Shown: in pieces, positions 1 through 13,769 of the stretch
Position numbering within the stretch: position 1 is the stretch's first letter
How the letters are laid out: each line of letters begins with the position of its first letter
Origin: Lytechinus pictus
Lineage: Eukaryota
Assembly (NCBI RefSeq): GCF_037042905.1
Contig: NC_087263.1
Location: forward strand, 7,752,001 to 7,816,000
DNA: 64,000 bases
Direction of reading: 5' to 3'
Notes under the pieces: generated by a model
What the model saw: only the letters and a program-made list of their open reading frames with translations
The model's database searches: none
Told to the model about the DNA's origin: nothing
Position numbers and translations under genes: made by a program

Positions 1-1974
1 ATGATGGAATCTTTCAAAGTTTAAAGGGAGACATCAGCCGCTCTGGAAAAGAAAAATAGAAATTACTTTTACATGTATTTTAATAAAGTTGTTTACAAAA
101 ATTTTGAACAATTTTAAAGGTTTATTTAAAAATGCTTATCTTTATACCACTTCAATGCAAATACTGGAAGAATGCTGTATCAGCAATCAGGTGATATTTG
201 ACTGACAAGTGCTGTATCTACAGCTAGTATTTAAGAGTACTAAAGAAACATAATGCTAGATTTTCCAGTGTTGGTCTAACCTGAATTTGAAGGTGTCTAG
301 TCTACTGTGGGAGGTTCAACTACAGTACCTCAGCTGGGAGAGTTCAAATTGTTGAAATTTTTATTACAACTTGTTGTACTTGTAAGAGTGACATATTTAA
401 ACATTGTGCTTCAATTTGAATCAGCTCTTTGCGTGTGAGGGTTGCTGAGCGTTGGGTTCAGGATACATTGTACATGCATATCGATAGCTCAACACTGAAT
501 ACTATGATGGCGCCATGCCTCCATGAATGTACATACAGAGCCTACATGTAACATAGGGAGTTTTGGTATAACCACTATGCAGACACTTTCTGGAACATAG
601 CATATCTATTCAGTGTCAAAAGTCCCTCATGACAAAGCAGTCTTTGTTGAGAATCAGTGAATCAAAACAAGTCAGTGACTCTGGACAAACAGCATGTGCA
701 AGACCTCTCACCTGCTCATAATTGTGATAGCATTTTCAATAGATTTACTATGGTTATAAAATTAATCTCATCGTAATTGTGAAAACTTGCTAAATAGTGT
801 AGATCTACCGGTGTCTAACACTAAAGTCAATTCTAATTTCCAACACAATAAAATAAACATTGCATGAAATGTATGTTACCTTTAAAGAAGCAACGGCAAA
901 TCAGGAAGAAAAGGATGCCTCATTCAGAAGTGGTATGCCATCTTAAATGATAGAATGCCGAGCCCCTATCTGTGTACGGGTAGCTGGTTCAGATTGCTTC
1001 CACTCCTAAGGTATAGGCTCTTGCGGAGGTGGTTGACATTATGTCATAAAGATATGACTCACATACACCTGTAGATGTACCTGAAAGTATGAAAAGAAAC
1101 AATTTCATGGATTTGAACAATTTGAATTATAGATCTGTTCCATCACTATCCCAGTACTGTGTAAAACAAGTATACAGTATACATGTAAAATACACTAGCA
1201 GGCAAAATTCTTTGACTCATTATGATACTAATAAAAGTTCACTGAATCTATTGTTCTCTGCTTTTATAGTGTAATAGTGAGTTAATGGAAAGCTGCACAA
1301 TATTGTGAAATTGTTTGCTAAAACAATATGAACAAATATTAGGCTTGATTATGAAACTATTTTCAATTTCAAGTGCTTGGGCTTATTCAAACAAAGACAA
1401 AAAGCAAATAAATATGCCCCTAATTGATTCAGATGCCTGAATACACTCCAACACACCTTTGTTAATATTTGTTAGCTTACATGTAACTTCCAAAGTAAAC
1501 ATCCTCTTCAAATATTAATCACATTCCATGATGAATAAAAACCGAATGTCGATGAAAATATATTGATACATATTACATTTCAGATATTTTTAAAATATTA
1601 CTGACTATGAGGGAGATACCCGGTACATGTATGTATTTCCTATGAAAATGGGTTCACATTGCCCCGAGTCTTGCTTGGCGAGGGCAATACGGGTCTACTG
1701 AGGTAAATTTGTACATGTCAGGTGTCTCCTAAAATTTAATGCTAGTCAATAGCAAAGCTGATTAATAGGCCTATTGTAATTCAAATGTATTGTATGTCTA
1801 GCTAGATGTATTTCGGATTTCAGGTTATTCTTGAACTTGATGATCGAATCACAAATACTAAAATTGTTAGTACACATGTGCGCACCATGCTTGACGCACA
1901 CAAATAAATGCCTATTAACACTTGCGCTTGAATTTGATCAGTTGGGAGCGCATGCATCATCCTCCTGGAAAGAA

Positions 1975-2345
1975 CACAGTGTTCACAGTGTGTGCCACAG
2001 TGTGTTCACAGTGTGGCACATAATGTGACATCACCTTCACACTGTTAAAATTCAAGCATTTCAACAGTGTGAATCACACATATTCACATAATCGCCCATA
2101 TAAACACGCTATGAACAGTCACACTGTCGAGGTGTCCACAGTGTAAAAAAAATATCTCCACACTGTAGAAATTTAGCATATTCGCACAATCGCCCGTGTG
2201 AACACGCTGTGAACAGTCACACTGTCGAGGTGTCCACAGTGTGAAAATATTTCCACACTGTAGAAATTGGGCATTTTAACAGTGTGAATAATATTTCCAC
2301 CTAGTCCACTATGTGAACACATTGTGATTGCACCGTGTGACACTG
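1975..2345. repeat. CACAGTGTG/CACACTGT-rich repeat with an internal ~85-bp duplication
   Basis: tgaacagtcacactgtcgaggtgtccacagtgt occurs at 2111 and 2210; many short cacagtgtg palindromic units. Confidence 0.7.
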
Positions 2346-4431
2346 TAATCTTCATTGCGTCGCTTCACAAACTGGTTCCAACCGGATCAGAATCGGCCTT
2401 ACTGCGGAATGCATTGACAGGAATGAGGCAAATGTTGCCCTCGATCTGTTCCAATAGGCGAAACATGGAAGAGGGTAAAATGGCAAATGTTAGCTTGGGA
2501 AGTAGCATGTGAAATATGACTTTTTATTTAGCTGCTAAAATGCCTTGTATACATGTAGGTCACTGAAAATTGATAATTACTAAAACAAGGAACCCCACCC
2601 CCATCCGATAAAAAATGAGTAAGTTTTTGCCCGAGCAAGGACATTCCACTCTTTCAAGCTTTTCTGGGAAAATTACATTGATCCATTTATGGTGAGCAAA
2701 CAGAGGCGAAATCACCATTCAAAAAGTTATCAAATCAAACTTTTTCCTTTATAAAAAGCAAGTTAGAAGTTGATTCTTCCACAGATATATACACAGAAAT
2801 TCCCTGTAAACTGTATATCAATAGAGAAAAAACAAACAATGAAACCAACAAACAAGCAGGCACAGAAAGAGAAAGAGAAAGAAATTATTCGAAAAATGAA
2901 AGAACAAAAAAAAAAATAAATACCCACCCCCTACAAAATAAAGAAAGAAATAAGAAATAAAATAAAAAATATTAATGATCAAATATTACAGCATCACAAA
3001 AAAGGCCTCTACCAAATCTAAAGCAAACTGTAGATCTAAAAAACTACCCTGAAAACATCTACAGTAATATCATTTACCTCTTGTCTTGAAGCCCCTTCCT
3101 ATAAAAGATAAAATGAAAGTAAAGATTTTTTTCATATTCTACTTCGACTTCCTGCACCTTTTCATCTCAACTTCATAATCTCAATTCCCCGGTATTAATC
3201 TTTCTAAAATTCCACTTCAAAAAAGAATCTACAGGAGTGTCCCGTTTCATAATATAAATTGTATATGTGTGCGAAAGTTGTTTGAACTTCTTTTCAAGTA
3301 GAAGTCATCCAATATTCAGTTCATTACGTGGGAGTATTTGATGCACGTCATAACATCACTATTCAGCGAGCTTTTATTCGCCTATGGGCATATTACAATA
3401 AGATTCAGGGTAGATTTTGTTGCATTTTGCTTTCTATTCTTTGTCTTCCGGTAGCCAGCAGTGTATTGCATTTCCGGGTTATTGATTGCATTGGCATTAA
3501 AAGTATTATAATTCTGAAGGGGTTGAACTCAGGACGCTTTGCATATTTTTGGAAAATTTGAGAAATAGTAGTACTTGAGCAAGCCACAATATTTTCAAAA
3601 TATATAACAGCAACAAGGTTTACACACAAGATGTACAACAAAGTGAAAGTAACTTTGTGGTCGTGGCTGCAGAATTAAAGCAGGGATGTGAGTGATCAAA
3701 AATAAAACGATCTGAAAAAAGCTGAAGAGAGTTGTAAAAGTCTTTAAATAGAAAGAACTCCCACATTTTTTTGTACAGAGGAAAGCCAAAAATAAGATGA
3801 AATTAAGCTGAAAATCAAAACAAAAAAAATCTGAACTCTCACACCCCTGTAAAAGTATGTTTTATTATTTTTTAATGTTTTTCTTTATTTTTTCGGGCCA
3901 CCAAATTTTAAAATTGGGTCACCAAAAAATATTATATGAATTTTTGGGTGGCCCGAGTCACAGAGTCATGGGTTCAAATCCTGCTCCAGACATCACTTTT
4001 CTTCAGCAATTTGTGCTGCACTCAACCCAGGAGAGATTAAATGGATACCTGGCATGAATTATAAGTTATAGTGTATAATTTTTTTCCCTTCTCTATTTCT
4101 TTTTCATCATTTTGTCCACTGTTATCTTTTTCCATTACAACTACAAGCAAGGGTAGGCATTCACCCCTGGAATATGTGTATGGTCAAGTATCCCAATGCT
4201 GTCCTCCACAGCCATGCAACGAGCTTGTCAAAGTTGGATTGAGATTTAAATGCTTTATCCGCGGTCCTGTTATGACACATCTTGGCAGATAGCACAGATG
4301 GCTATCACTTGTGTGATTTCTTGGTACATGTAACTTTGTTCTTTGAAAGACTGGGAAAAAATAGCCAGCTATTAGCTCTAGCTTACACTCCATTAACCTG
4401 GTTGTTTAATTTTGGCCCTTACAGCTGAACA

Positions 4432-5334
4432 CAGAGACTCCAACACTCCCGCTTTCGGCGGGAGACTCCCGCCGAAAGCCCTTTTTCGCAAAATCTCCCG
4501 TTCTCCCGCTTGAGATTTTATATCTCCTGCCCAGGCCCTGTGTCTCCCGCATAGGATGTATTTTCTCCCGCTTTAAATTATCTTTCTCCCGCCCAAACAC
4601 CTTTTTGAAAACCGGAATTTAATTTTCATATCCAAGCCGATATTCAAGTTAAGACTAAAGTAGAGCGTCAACGCTGCGCGCGATCTCGCCCATCGCTATG
4701 GCGTAATCTTACTCCAGAGATCATCAAGTATTGAGACAAGATGGATGGAAATGTCAATTTTAAGGCCGTGAGGTAGTATGTCTTCACTGTTTGATTTTGT
4801 AGATGCTTATCAATTTTATATGCATGCATAAAAGTTTTATTAAGTTTTATCAAGCCAAAATGTATGATTTGATTCATTCAATTGTTAATTACTTGGCACC
4901 CTCCTAAGTCGTACAGATGGGTGGGGGGCAAAAAAGTCATGAGGGTGAAATGTGATAAAAAACTATTATCATTTTTTAATGTGTCGAAATCTATAACAAA
5001 ATTGGATTTCTGAAATAAAACATCAAAATTTTCGCTCGCTCGCAACTGTTTATCAATTTTACGCGATATGCCATATCTATAGCCCCTTCGAAATTTTTAG
5101 CTCAATACGCTACTGATGCCATCATCATAAAAAATTAGCCTGATATAGCATAAGAGAGCATTTAGAACCCTAGAGCTTCCTGGACCCTTTGAGTGGGCCC
5201 ATTCAGGACCCCCGCCGCAAGGGACTTCGCGCTCGTGATGTGCGCAAAAAATATCAAATTAGAGTCTCCAGTTTGCTAGGGGATCCAGGCGGGAGAATCT
5301 CCAGATCAGAAGGTGTTTTGGGTTGGAGTCTCTG
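4432..5334. mobile_element. Non-autonomous DNA transposon with CAG termini and 6-bp TSD (hAT-like)
   Basis: TIRs CAGAGACTCCAAC / GTTGGAGTCTCTG; TGAACA duplicated at 4426-4431 and 5335-5340; subterminal TCTCCCG repeats. Confidence 0.8.
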
Positions 5335-6102
5335 TGAACATGAAAATTTATTTAAAACTTGAGCGCAATTAATAAACACGGCCTTTTATAACATTACAAG
5401 CCCTCATAACTTTATGAACAGCTGTACGAAACGCCTACATGTACATGTACCATGTATTAAAATCACCATAGAACATGTACAATGCAAGCCTAAGAAATCA
5501 TGCATGGCACATAAATTGTAATACAAACACGTACAAAATACCTCTTCTATTTAACAAAGATGGATCACAAGGAGAGTGGGTGCAACCAACCAATTATATG
5601 TATTGGGCTATGTAAACACAAGAAGAATGGGGAAATTATGAGTGCCAAAACAGGAGTATGCATTTTGTACAGTATGCCAGCTGTATCCACAGCTCAAAAA
5701 TATATTTTAAAAAATTGAATTCAAAAACTTCTCCCTGAATCTTCAACTTTAGATTTTGAAGAAAAAAAAAGGGGGACCATAAATATTAGACCTTGGTCTA
5801 GTGATAAATTAATTTCTTCTTTTGTTCATATACTTCCTATCTATGTACAAAGTTGGGTACAAATAAATGGGGAGCTTGCAGAAAATATTTGAGCAAGATG
5901 ACCCCCCCCCCTCCTCCTGCCCCTCGTCCCCCTAAACGAGTTTTATATAGCCAACACGATTTAAAGCCAAAACTCAATTTCAACATATTGGCAAAATCAT
6001 CATGCTCGTTCTTTTTTTTCAACTTCATATATGAATTAATACCAGAATTAAAGTTTTGACAATCTAGATGTATACTTTGTAATTTCATAATTTGTAATGC
6101 GG

Positions 6103-6468
6103 CTTTTAAGAGGTACATGCATGTACATGTATATTATATAGACCTGCATACACAAATACATGTATTTACATATATTATATATGCAATAATGAGAATACTC
6201 AATTAATGAACCTAATACTACAAGTACATGTAAGCATACATGTAATGTAGGCCTACTACTGCTACTACTACTACTACTACTACTACTACAACTAGTAGTA
6301 GTAGTAGTCTACTACTACTACTAGTCTACTACTACTACAAGTCTACTACTACTACTACTTATTCTACTACTACTACTTCTACTACTACTACTACTACTAC
6401 TACTACTCCACTACCACTACTGCTACTACTACTACTATTACTACGACTACTATTACAACTACTATAGC

Positions 6469-6500
<32 letters not shown>

Positions 6501-6504
6501 GATG

Positions 6505-6539
<35 letters not shown>

Positions 6540-6599
6540 GATGCAACTACTACTACTACTACTACTATACAACCACTGCTGCTGCGGCTGCTGCTGCTG

Positions 6600-6632
<33 letters not shown>

Positions 6633-7263
6633 GTCTACTACTAACAACTACTACTACTACAACTACTACTATTACTACTACTACTACTACAACTACTACT
6701 ACTACTACTACTGTTACTACTACTAGTCTACTACTACTACTACTACTACTACTAGTACCACTACTACTTCTACTGCTACTACTACAACTACGACTACTAT
6801 TACATGTATGTAAAATTACTATAGTCTACTAAGTAATACTACTACTACTAGTATTTAGGGCTGTAATCGATAACATCTTTTAAATCGCTAGTCTTGTAGA
6901 TAATCACTTGTATTTTGCCACTTAATGATATCGATAACCTTTGTTATTTCGTAATTTGTAATTCGACTTTTAAGAGATACAGGTACATGTATGTACTTAT
7001 AGCCTATTAAGCCTGCATGTACAAATATTTACACATATATGCAAAATATTGCAAATAATGAGAATACTCAATTAATACATTAATACATACATGTAATGTA
7101 AGCCTACTACTACTACTACTACTGCTACTACTACTATTACTACTACTACTACTACTACTACTATACTACTACTACTACTACTACTGCTGCTGCTGCTACT
7201 ATACTACTACTACTACTGCTACTACCATTCCTACTACTACGACTACTACTACCACTACTATAG

Positions 7264-7305
<42 letters not shown>

Positions 7306-7436
7306 ACTACTACTACATGTACTACAAATACAGCTACCATTACCACTACTATACTACTTGTAATACTACTACCACTATCACTACCACTACTACATAGGGC
7401 CTACTATGATCATTTGCTACTACTACTACTACTACG
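6103..7436. repeat. Two (CTA)n/(CTG)n microsatellite tracts within a diverged ~870-bp tandem duplication
   Basis: Tracts at ~6253-6850 and ~7103-7436; upstream flanks 6103-6255 and 6968-7105 align (ttttaagag...aataatgagaatactcaattaat...acatgtaatgta.gcctactact). Confidence 0.9.
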
Positions 7437-7704
7437 TTTATTTACCATTAATGCGTCCTATGAAAGTGTTCTTTCCCAAGGATTGTAGAATTACCAACTA
7501 ATAATGAATTTTTTTCCTTCTCAATCTAAGTCTCTACTCATTGTTTGACCCTGACCTGTCTACAGCTGGCCTGGGAAACCTGACAACAATAATTTGAGAT
7601 ACTCAAACAATTTATCCACTCATCTGAGGATAAATAGCAAGGAAGGTCGCTTCAAACTGGAATACAGATTCATATCATTCTTCCCTTTCTCTCTCTCTCT
7701 CTCT

Positions 7705-8136
7705 GACATCGTTCTCATTATACTTTCTAAAACTATAGTTTACTTAAAACCGGTTCAGGAAACCAGTTTGGAAGATCGCATTGTTAGTGTTCCCATTTGA
7801 TCACCCAAAAGTGGTTTTCAAAACCACTTCAGGCAAAGCGGTCTTGTTGCTATGAGAACACTTTCAGTGGGGTGACATGTTTCGTGCGAAATTTGAAACC
7901 GCAGCATACATGTAGGCATTCAAAATACAGCATGCAGAGTAGCGCGCTTGCTAAAACCAGTGTAACGAGGCAAAGCGATCTTAAAAACTACATCGCGAGG
8001 TAGTTTCCTGAACCGGGTTGGAAGATCGCTTCCTTCCAAGACCACTTCTACCGATCTCATTAAACGTTAACGTTATTGGTTTCCATTAAACTAGTGTCCA
8101 GTAAACTAGTTTTAGGACGGTAGTGAGAACGGTGTC
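7705..8136. mobile_element. MITE inserted in a (TC)n tract; relative at ~36948-37370
   Basis: Imperfect TIRs gacatcgttctcat / gtgagaacggtgtc, internal inverted aaaccggttcaggaaac; tctctc on both flanks. Confidence 0.65.
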
Positions 8137-10330
8137 TCTCTTTCTCTCTCTCTAGCTACGTATGTATAGTAAATATGTACCTTTTCAGACCAGGACATTT
8201 TACAACACATTTCACACTCACAGCTGTATACAGATGTCGGCCTACGAACTGCATGTACATTCATGCATGGTTCAATCTGGCCAGGCTACTATTAAAGCAG
8301 AATTAGCTGGCTCAATATTGTGGTGCTACATCAGAGCTGTATCGTCTATAACTAACCAGATTTTTAAATAGGAAAAGAGGGACTAAGCGATTAGCCAATC
8401 ACTGTCAACGTGGAGGAATATCAAAAGTTCACATTATATGTGCCGTGTGCCTTTGTGTGGCAAAATTGTCATGAAATGGAGTGACCAGGGTTGAGAGCGT
8501 GCAGTGTGAATTGTTGTCAGTGGCATGTTGAGCCAAAACTTTTGAGGGGGCAAAACATCGCACACACTACACAGCAGCAACATTTTATTTAAGTTGCGAG
8601 CGAGCAAAAATTTTGAGCTTTTTATACTGATAACCTAATTTTAAATAGATTTGTATAGCGCAGAAAATATGTTCATATATTCTACTGCGCTTTAATTAAG
8701 AGCTTATTTTGTGATAAATTGATCGATTCAGAAAATAACATATGACTCCTTTTCCTTTCAACCTATTTTACTCATTGTTTTCCATTCTTTTTTTCTTTAT
8801 CTTTTTTTTTTTTGGGGGGGGGGGTCGTACCCCCCCTAATCTCCATACCAGTTTCCATATATCCAAATGATCTCCTACATAATGTGCGTGTAGCTGACAT
8901 AATTATATAGGTATACTCTCAGTGGGCCTCTGTTAAAGCATGATAATAAGGTTGGTGAGCTGCTGCTACCAACTAGTGCTATAATATCGACATTGAGGCA
9001 AGCCGGATGGCTCAAAAAGCGAAGCTGCAGGAAATAGACCCGGGGGGGTGGAGGGGGAACTCACATACATGTATGTTGGTGGTACCGGGGACGTGCCGCT
9101 TTGATGACCCCTTTTTTCAGACCTAATTTTCGGTTCTCTAGATACTCCGAATGACAAAATTTCCATTCAGAAAAACCTGTTACGAAACATCTCAGTTCCC
9201 TAGCCCTGCCAAAATTGTCAAGCGCGAGCACCGCACATGCAAGAGCTGCATGCATGGCTTCACAACTCCCTCCGCCAACAGCTCCATGCATGCGCCACTA
9301 GAGCCCACATAATAATATGATGTACAGCACTAGCGTACACCGTACCTACTGTACCGCGATCCTGTTGCGTAGACCGTTTATCACACCGCCCGGTACCTCA
9401 AGTGATGTTCATGCAGGCTCCACGATCATCACTTGAGGTAACCGCCCGGTATATATTCAGCTCCCAAGACCCCGTATTCACCTTTGTATAGTCAGTTCCT
9501 TAGACCCCCATTTCACTTTTTTGCAGGGTTTCATGAGGCACACCCCCATCAAAATACAATTTGAGATTTTGAGTGCCCCCCCCCCCTCCTGGGAAACAGT
9601 ACGTCCAGGTACAGGTTGTCAATACAGTAAGTAATCATTTTGACTATCAATTATCTGCTACTTTGCTAATAGTAATATAATACCTCTTCAATACCCGTAT
9701 TGTTGTCAAATTACCACTTAACCAGTTCATCAAACACTTTAGTTTATAGCCTTGGCTTTGATCCATTTTTTTTTCAACTTCAGCCGTACTATCGCTATCA
9801 TGAATATAGTATGAGTGTAGGCATGTCGTAAGCAATTGCAAAGCTCAGAGGCACGTACCACCGGATCATATTCATCGAACACTTTCTCATCTCGGCGTCT
9901 TTTGGAGGAGTCTCATGCACTTCTCACACTGCGGACAGAAGTCAAAACCAAAGCAGAACAGAAGACTAATAATATACTCACCAAAACAAAACACACCCAA
10001 TCAGTCTGCAGAATTAAGGAAATAGCAAATGAATGGGCGCCAATGAATGTTTGTCAAAAGATCCCGACTCAAACTCAAGTCTCCTGTTAATATTTGCACG
10101 CTGTAAGCAATTTTTTATCTGATGCACTTCACCAGTACAACAATTAATACACCAGTGTACAAGCACCAGACGGACGGAGGCCGAATACTCCGAATGTAAT
10201 CTCGCATATATCTGCAGTACATGTATGTCTACGTCTAGTCTGTGTACCGCTAGCTGGTAACTCACCCAGCGCCCGTTACCCCCAGCACGTAAACGTAAAG
10301 CTATAATGAGCTGAAGCTAGAGTTGGAGGA

Positions 10331-10344
10331 GTTACCATGGAAAT
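10331..10344. promoter_or_regulatory. RFX X-box-like motif GTTACCATGGAAAT
   Basis: Near match to the X-box consensus GTNRCC-N(0-3)-RGNAAC (last base differs), ~65 bp from a strong minus-strand donor, in a CpG-richer patch. Confidence 0.4.
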
Positions 10345-11020
10345 CGAAAATAGGTCTTTTGTCTTTTGTTTTCTTCTGTTTGTTTTGTGTGGTTTTTTTT
10401 CATTTGGCTAGCTTAGATCTAACTATATTTCCCTTCATCTCGTTTCCTTTTTGATGAAAAAGTCCCAAGTTGTGCAAGTATATATAGGCCTGTATAGAGA
10501 GTCCCGCCCCCTCCTCTAAAAAAAGGAGGGAAGAGCCAAAGAAAATAATGAAATATGAAGGAGAGAAGAAAGAAGAAAAATGATAACAGGAGGAAGAAAT
10601 GTAAATAAAATGAAAATGGGGAATAATTGGATTTGTTTTTTAAACCAGCTCAGAATTAAATTAAGCCTGTAGAAAAAAACGCTAAAAATAAAGTCCTGTT
10701 TTAGGTCCAATCCACACGCGCAGAAATGAGGGGAGGGCTTGGGGCTCTGCACCCCTCCATATAAATAATCATGTAATGTTAGAAGAGACGAGGAAAAGAA
10801 AGAGAAGAAGAATTTAAGGAAAAGGAGAAGGAAAAGGGTTACAGTCAGGCGCGGTCCTATAAACTAAAAGTTTTTTTTGGGGGGGTGGACTGCATAGTTA
10901 TCAGGAAACTGGTTCATTGTGTTGTTACTCTCTCCAGGCGTTTTTTCTTTTAAGAGCGATATTCTCAGAGAAAGTTTGAACGTAAAAAGGTATAAAGGGA
11001 CAGGAAATGGGTTTTTATTG

Positions 11021-12706
11021 CAGTGGCGTAACAGGCGGGGGGCAGGGGGGCAAGCTCCCCCCCCCCCCCCCCCCGGCGGATTTCACCGGGGGGGGACGGG
11101 GAAAAGAGAAAAGGGAGAGAGAGAGAAAGGGAAAGAAAGAAAAAAAAAAAAAAAAAAAAAAAAAGACAGACAGAAAGAAAATGAGGAAAGGGGAAAGGGA
11201 AAGGGAAAAGTGTAAAGAAAGGGACAGGAACATATAGATAGAGAAAATGGAAGGAAAGTGAGAAAAGGAACGAAAGAACATTTGAGAAAGTACAATATAT
11301 CCTGAAATATTAATACATTAGCATGATAGCAAGAGAAAGATATAAAATCAAAAGATATGATTCAATTGCACAGGCGAGAATGGCGGGAAAATGGGAGAAA
11401 GAGGCAAAAAGAGACCGGAAATGAAGGTAGAGCCAAAAGCTAAATTGAAAAATCAGAATATGAAGAAAAGAGACAAGAACAAAAAATCTTAATAACACGA
11501 CAGGGCTGCCGAGGATTTAAAAAAAAGAACGGGAAGAAAGGTGGATGGCATATATTATAAGCTTGATAAATTGTATGCAATAATGGTCGCAATTAGGACA
11601 AAAATGCTTAGCCAATGGCTAATTATTATATCCCCCTAATGTCGATCATCATAACCTATGAGTAAAGCTTTACGCCTGCTACCGTACAAAAAAGCCTCTT
11701 AATGTTTACTTTGTATAAATTTTCAAAGCTATTATCACATAATTTGAATTTAATTTCAAAATATTTTTATAAAAGGCCAAATTTGTCTGGCTTGCTTCGC
11801 TCACTGGCGACTTTTTACAAATTTTACCACATTTGCTATGTTGTGCTGCCTCAAAATATTTCGTTTATTATCCGCAACTGCTTTGAAGTCATTGCGTTGT
11901 GTATGTATCCGCGGTTTGATAATAAAGCCATCTGCAATGTTTAAAAATATAACGAGGTTCCGGGGGCTCCACCCTGGACCAGTGACGGCACCAAGAGGGA
12001 GGCACGGAAGGCATTTGCCCCAATAAGTTGGCCCCCACTTGCCCCCCCCCCCCCCGAAATTTTGAAGGAAAAAAAAGATGTGTAGTTAAAGTTGTCATAA
12101 GCATCCTAAATCTGCAAAGTGCTCCAAAATAGCTGTTCGTTCTTTAAATTTTGAAAATTTTCTTATCCATTCACTTTTAGCTCCCAATAATATGATGTCA
12201 GTATAAATATTTCAGGTCATTATATAAAATTCAAAATGTCGCTCGCGCTACGCGCTCGCAGTAACAGGACTGTTGACTGAGATAAGTAAATTATCTGTTC
12301 ACATGGGGCATAAAAATCCAGTGTTCAAATCAATATGCTTCTCGCGAATAGAGTTTTCATTATTCGTTTTAAGCGTATTCATAATTTTCATAAATCAAAT
12401 ATTTTCAGCTCGCGCTACGCGCTCGCATCAATTGTTTAGTTAGATAGCCATCCAGTTCATGATAACAAAAAGTGCTATCTCAGGATATCAAACATTTTCA
12501 GCTCGCGCTTCGCGCTCGCATTATTTATTTGGTGAATCTTCATGATCCAATGCAAACAGCTAGTCCTTAACAGGTCAATTTTCAAGTCAGCAGTGCCTAC
12601 ATTGAAAAAAAATTAGCTCACGCTTCTCGCTCGAATTTGTGATATAGGCACCTCCCCCAATGTTCTTTTGCCTTCCCCTAGGTTTAAAATCCTCCTGCCG
12701 CCACTG
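11021..12706. mobile_element. Composite of CAGTGGCG-terminated MITEs with purine-rich tract and GCTCGCGCT subrepeats
   Basis: Starts cagtggcgtaac (11021); a second start cagtgacggc (~11980) pairs with gccgccactg (12697-12706), with imperfect 8-bp flanks ccctggac/ccccggaa. Confidence 0.55.
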
Positions 12707-12801
12707 CCCCGGAACTAATCCGCAAAGCACTGAACAAGTACATAAAGGAAAAGATGAAAGGAAGGAAGATGTAAGATGTTATAGTATTTTCGGAATGCCT
12801 T

Positions 12802-12975
12802 GTGCAATGATCCAGCCAAATTTTTATCCCCATCGATATTGTGCCCCCTCAATCCCTCAATTATCATCTTTATATATGAATATATATATATATTTGATAT
12901 TCAGAACAAAAGAGGTGATAAGGATTGAGGGGGCACAATATCGATGGGGATTAAAATTTGGCTGGATCACTGCAC
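12802..12975. mobile_element. Small foldback MITE
   Basis: ~50-bp near-perfect inverted arms (gtgcaatgatccagccaaattt...gtgccccctcaatcc / ggattgagggggcac...aaatttggctggatcactgcac). Confidence 0.8.
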
Positions 12976-13769
12976 CACATGGGTCTTAAAATAAATTTTT
13001 GCATATTTTATGGAGCATTAGTGAAATTTTGTGGAAAAATCGAATTTAATGACACATGAAAATAATGATGAAGTGCTACCTTATTGTCTTTTAGTTTTAT
13101 TTCCGTCATATAATCTATACATTTGACTTGAAAATCATCCCACCTATAATTTGCACTAATGGATGCAATAAATAACATGCACGTCACAAGTACATACTTG
13201 AAGGTCTGACACCTTCAATGAAGTGAAAAGGAGAAAAGAAAAACAAAACACAAGAACATATCGAGGTTATTAGACTACCAGCATCATTACCGTTGACACG
13301 TTATTAATGGAAGAGCCGAGTATCTTGATATTGTTCTATAACGTTGTTTGCTGGCACCATGCATTTCAAGTTCGTACTGCTGCATATATACTATTATTAG
13401 GTTAACTAGAACCTGGTAGCTTATAGGTTAAAAAGAATTACTCTGGCAGGACGCTCATATAATATGTATTATTATGAGGCCCACGTCGATTCTCAATGGT
13501 TCTTCTCGTTCCCTCCTGGGAAAACAAATTATTTTGGCATTTCGCTGCCGTCGTCATTCTCATCTATTTAGATAAGGGGATATTGGATGTAGTTGACTTC
13601 AACCGCCTCACTTCTGAAGTGATCTATTGAGGTGCCGCAACAGAGATTATAGTCGAGAATATATGGCGTATTAATTGGACCGAAATATCGACAGCTAGAA
13701 GCTGCTTAATACGGTACAGGATAATAAGGCCTAGATTTTCATATGATTGCGTTCAGATGACATTTGATA

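Larger units (their letters stand above)
880..10330 (-). other. Candidate spliced minus-strand transcript (lncRNA, long 5' UTR or decayed gene)
   Basis: Chain of plausible minus-strand AG/GT-flanked segments: first donor ~10265 (tgg|gtgagt), ~9684-10083, ~7556-7656, ~5542-5607, 3078-3098 (21 nt), 880-1081. Joined frames contain several stops. Confidence 0.35.

Noticed and set aside
4344..4356. miR-71-like TGAAAGACTGGG
   Set aside because: Only a partial seed-side match with no supporting hairpin.
10919..11295. Lys/Glu- or Phe-rich ORFs
   Set aside because: Low-complexity purine tract inside a MITE.
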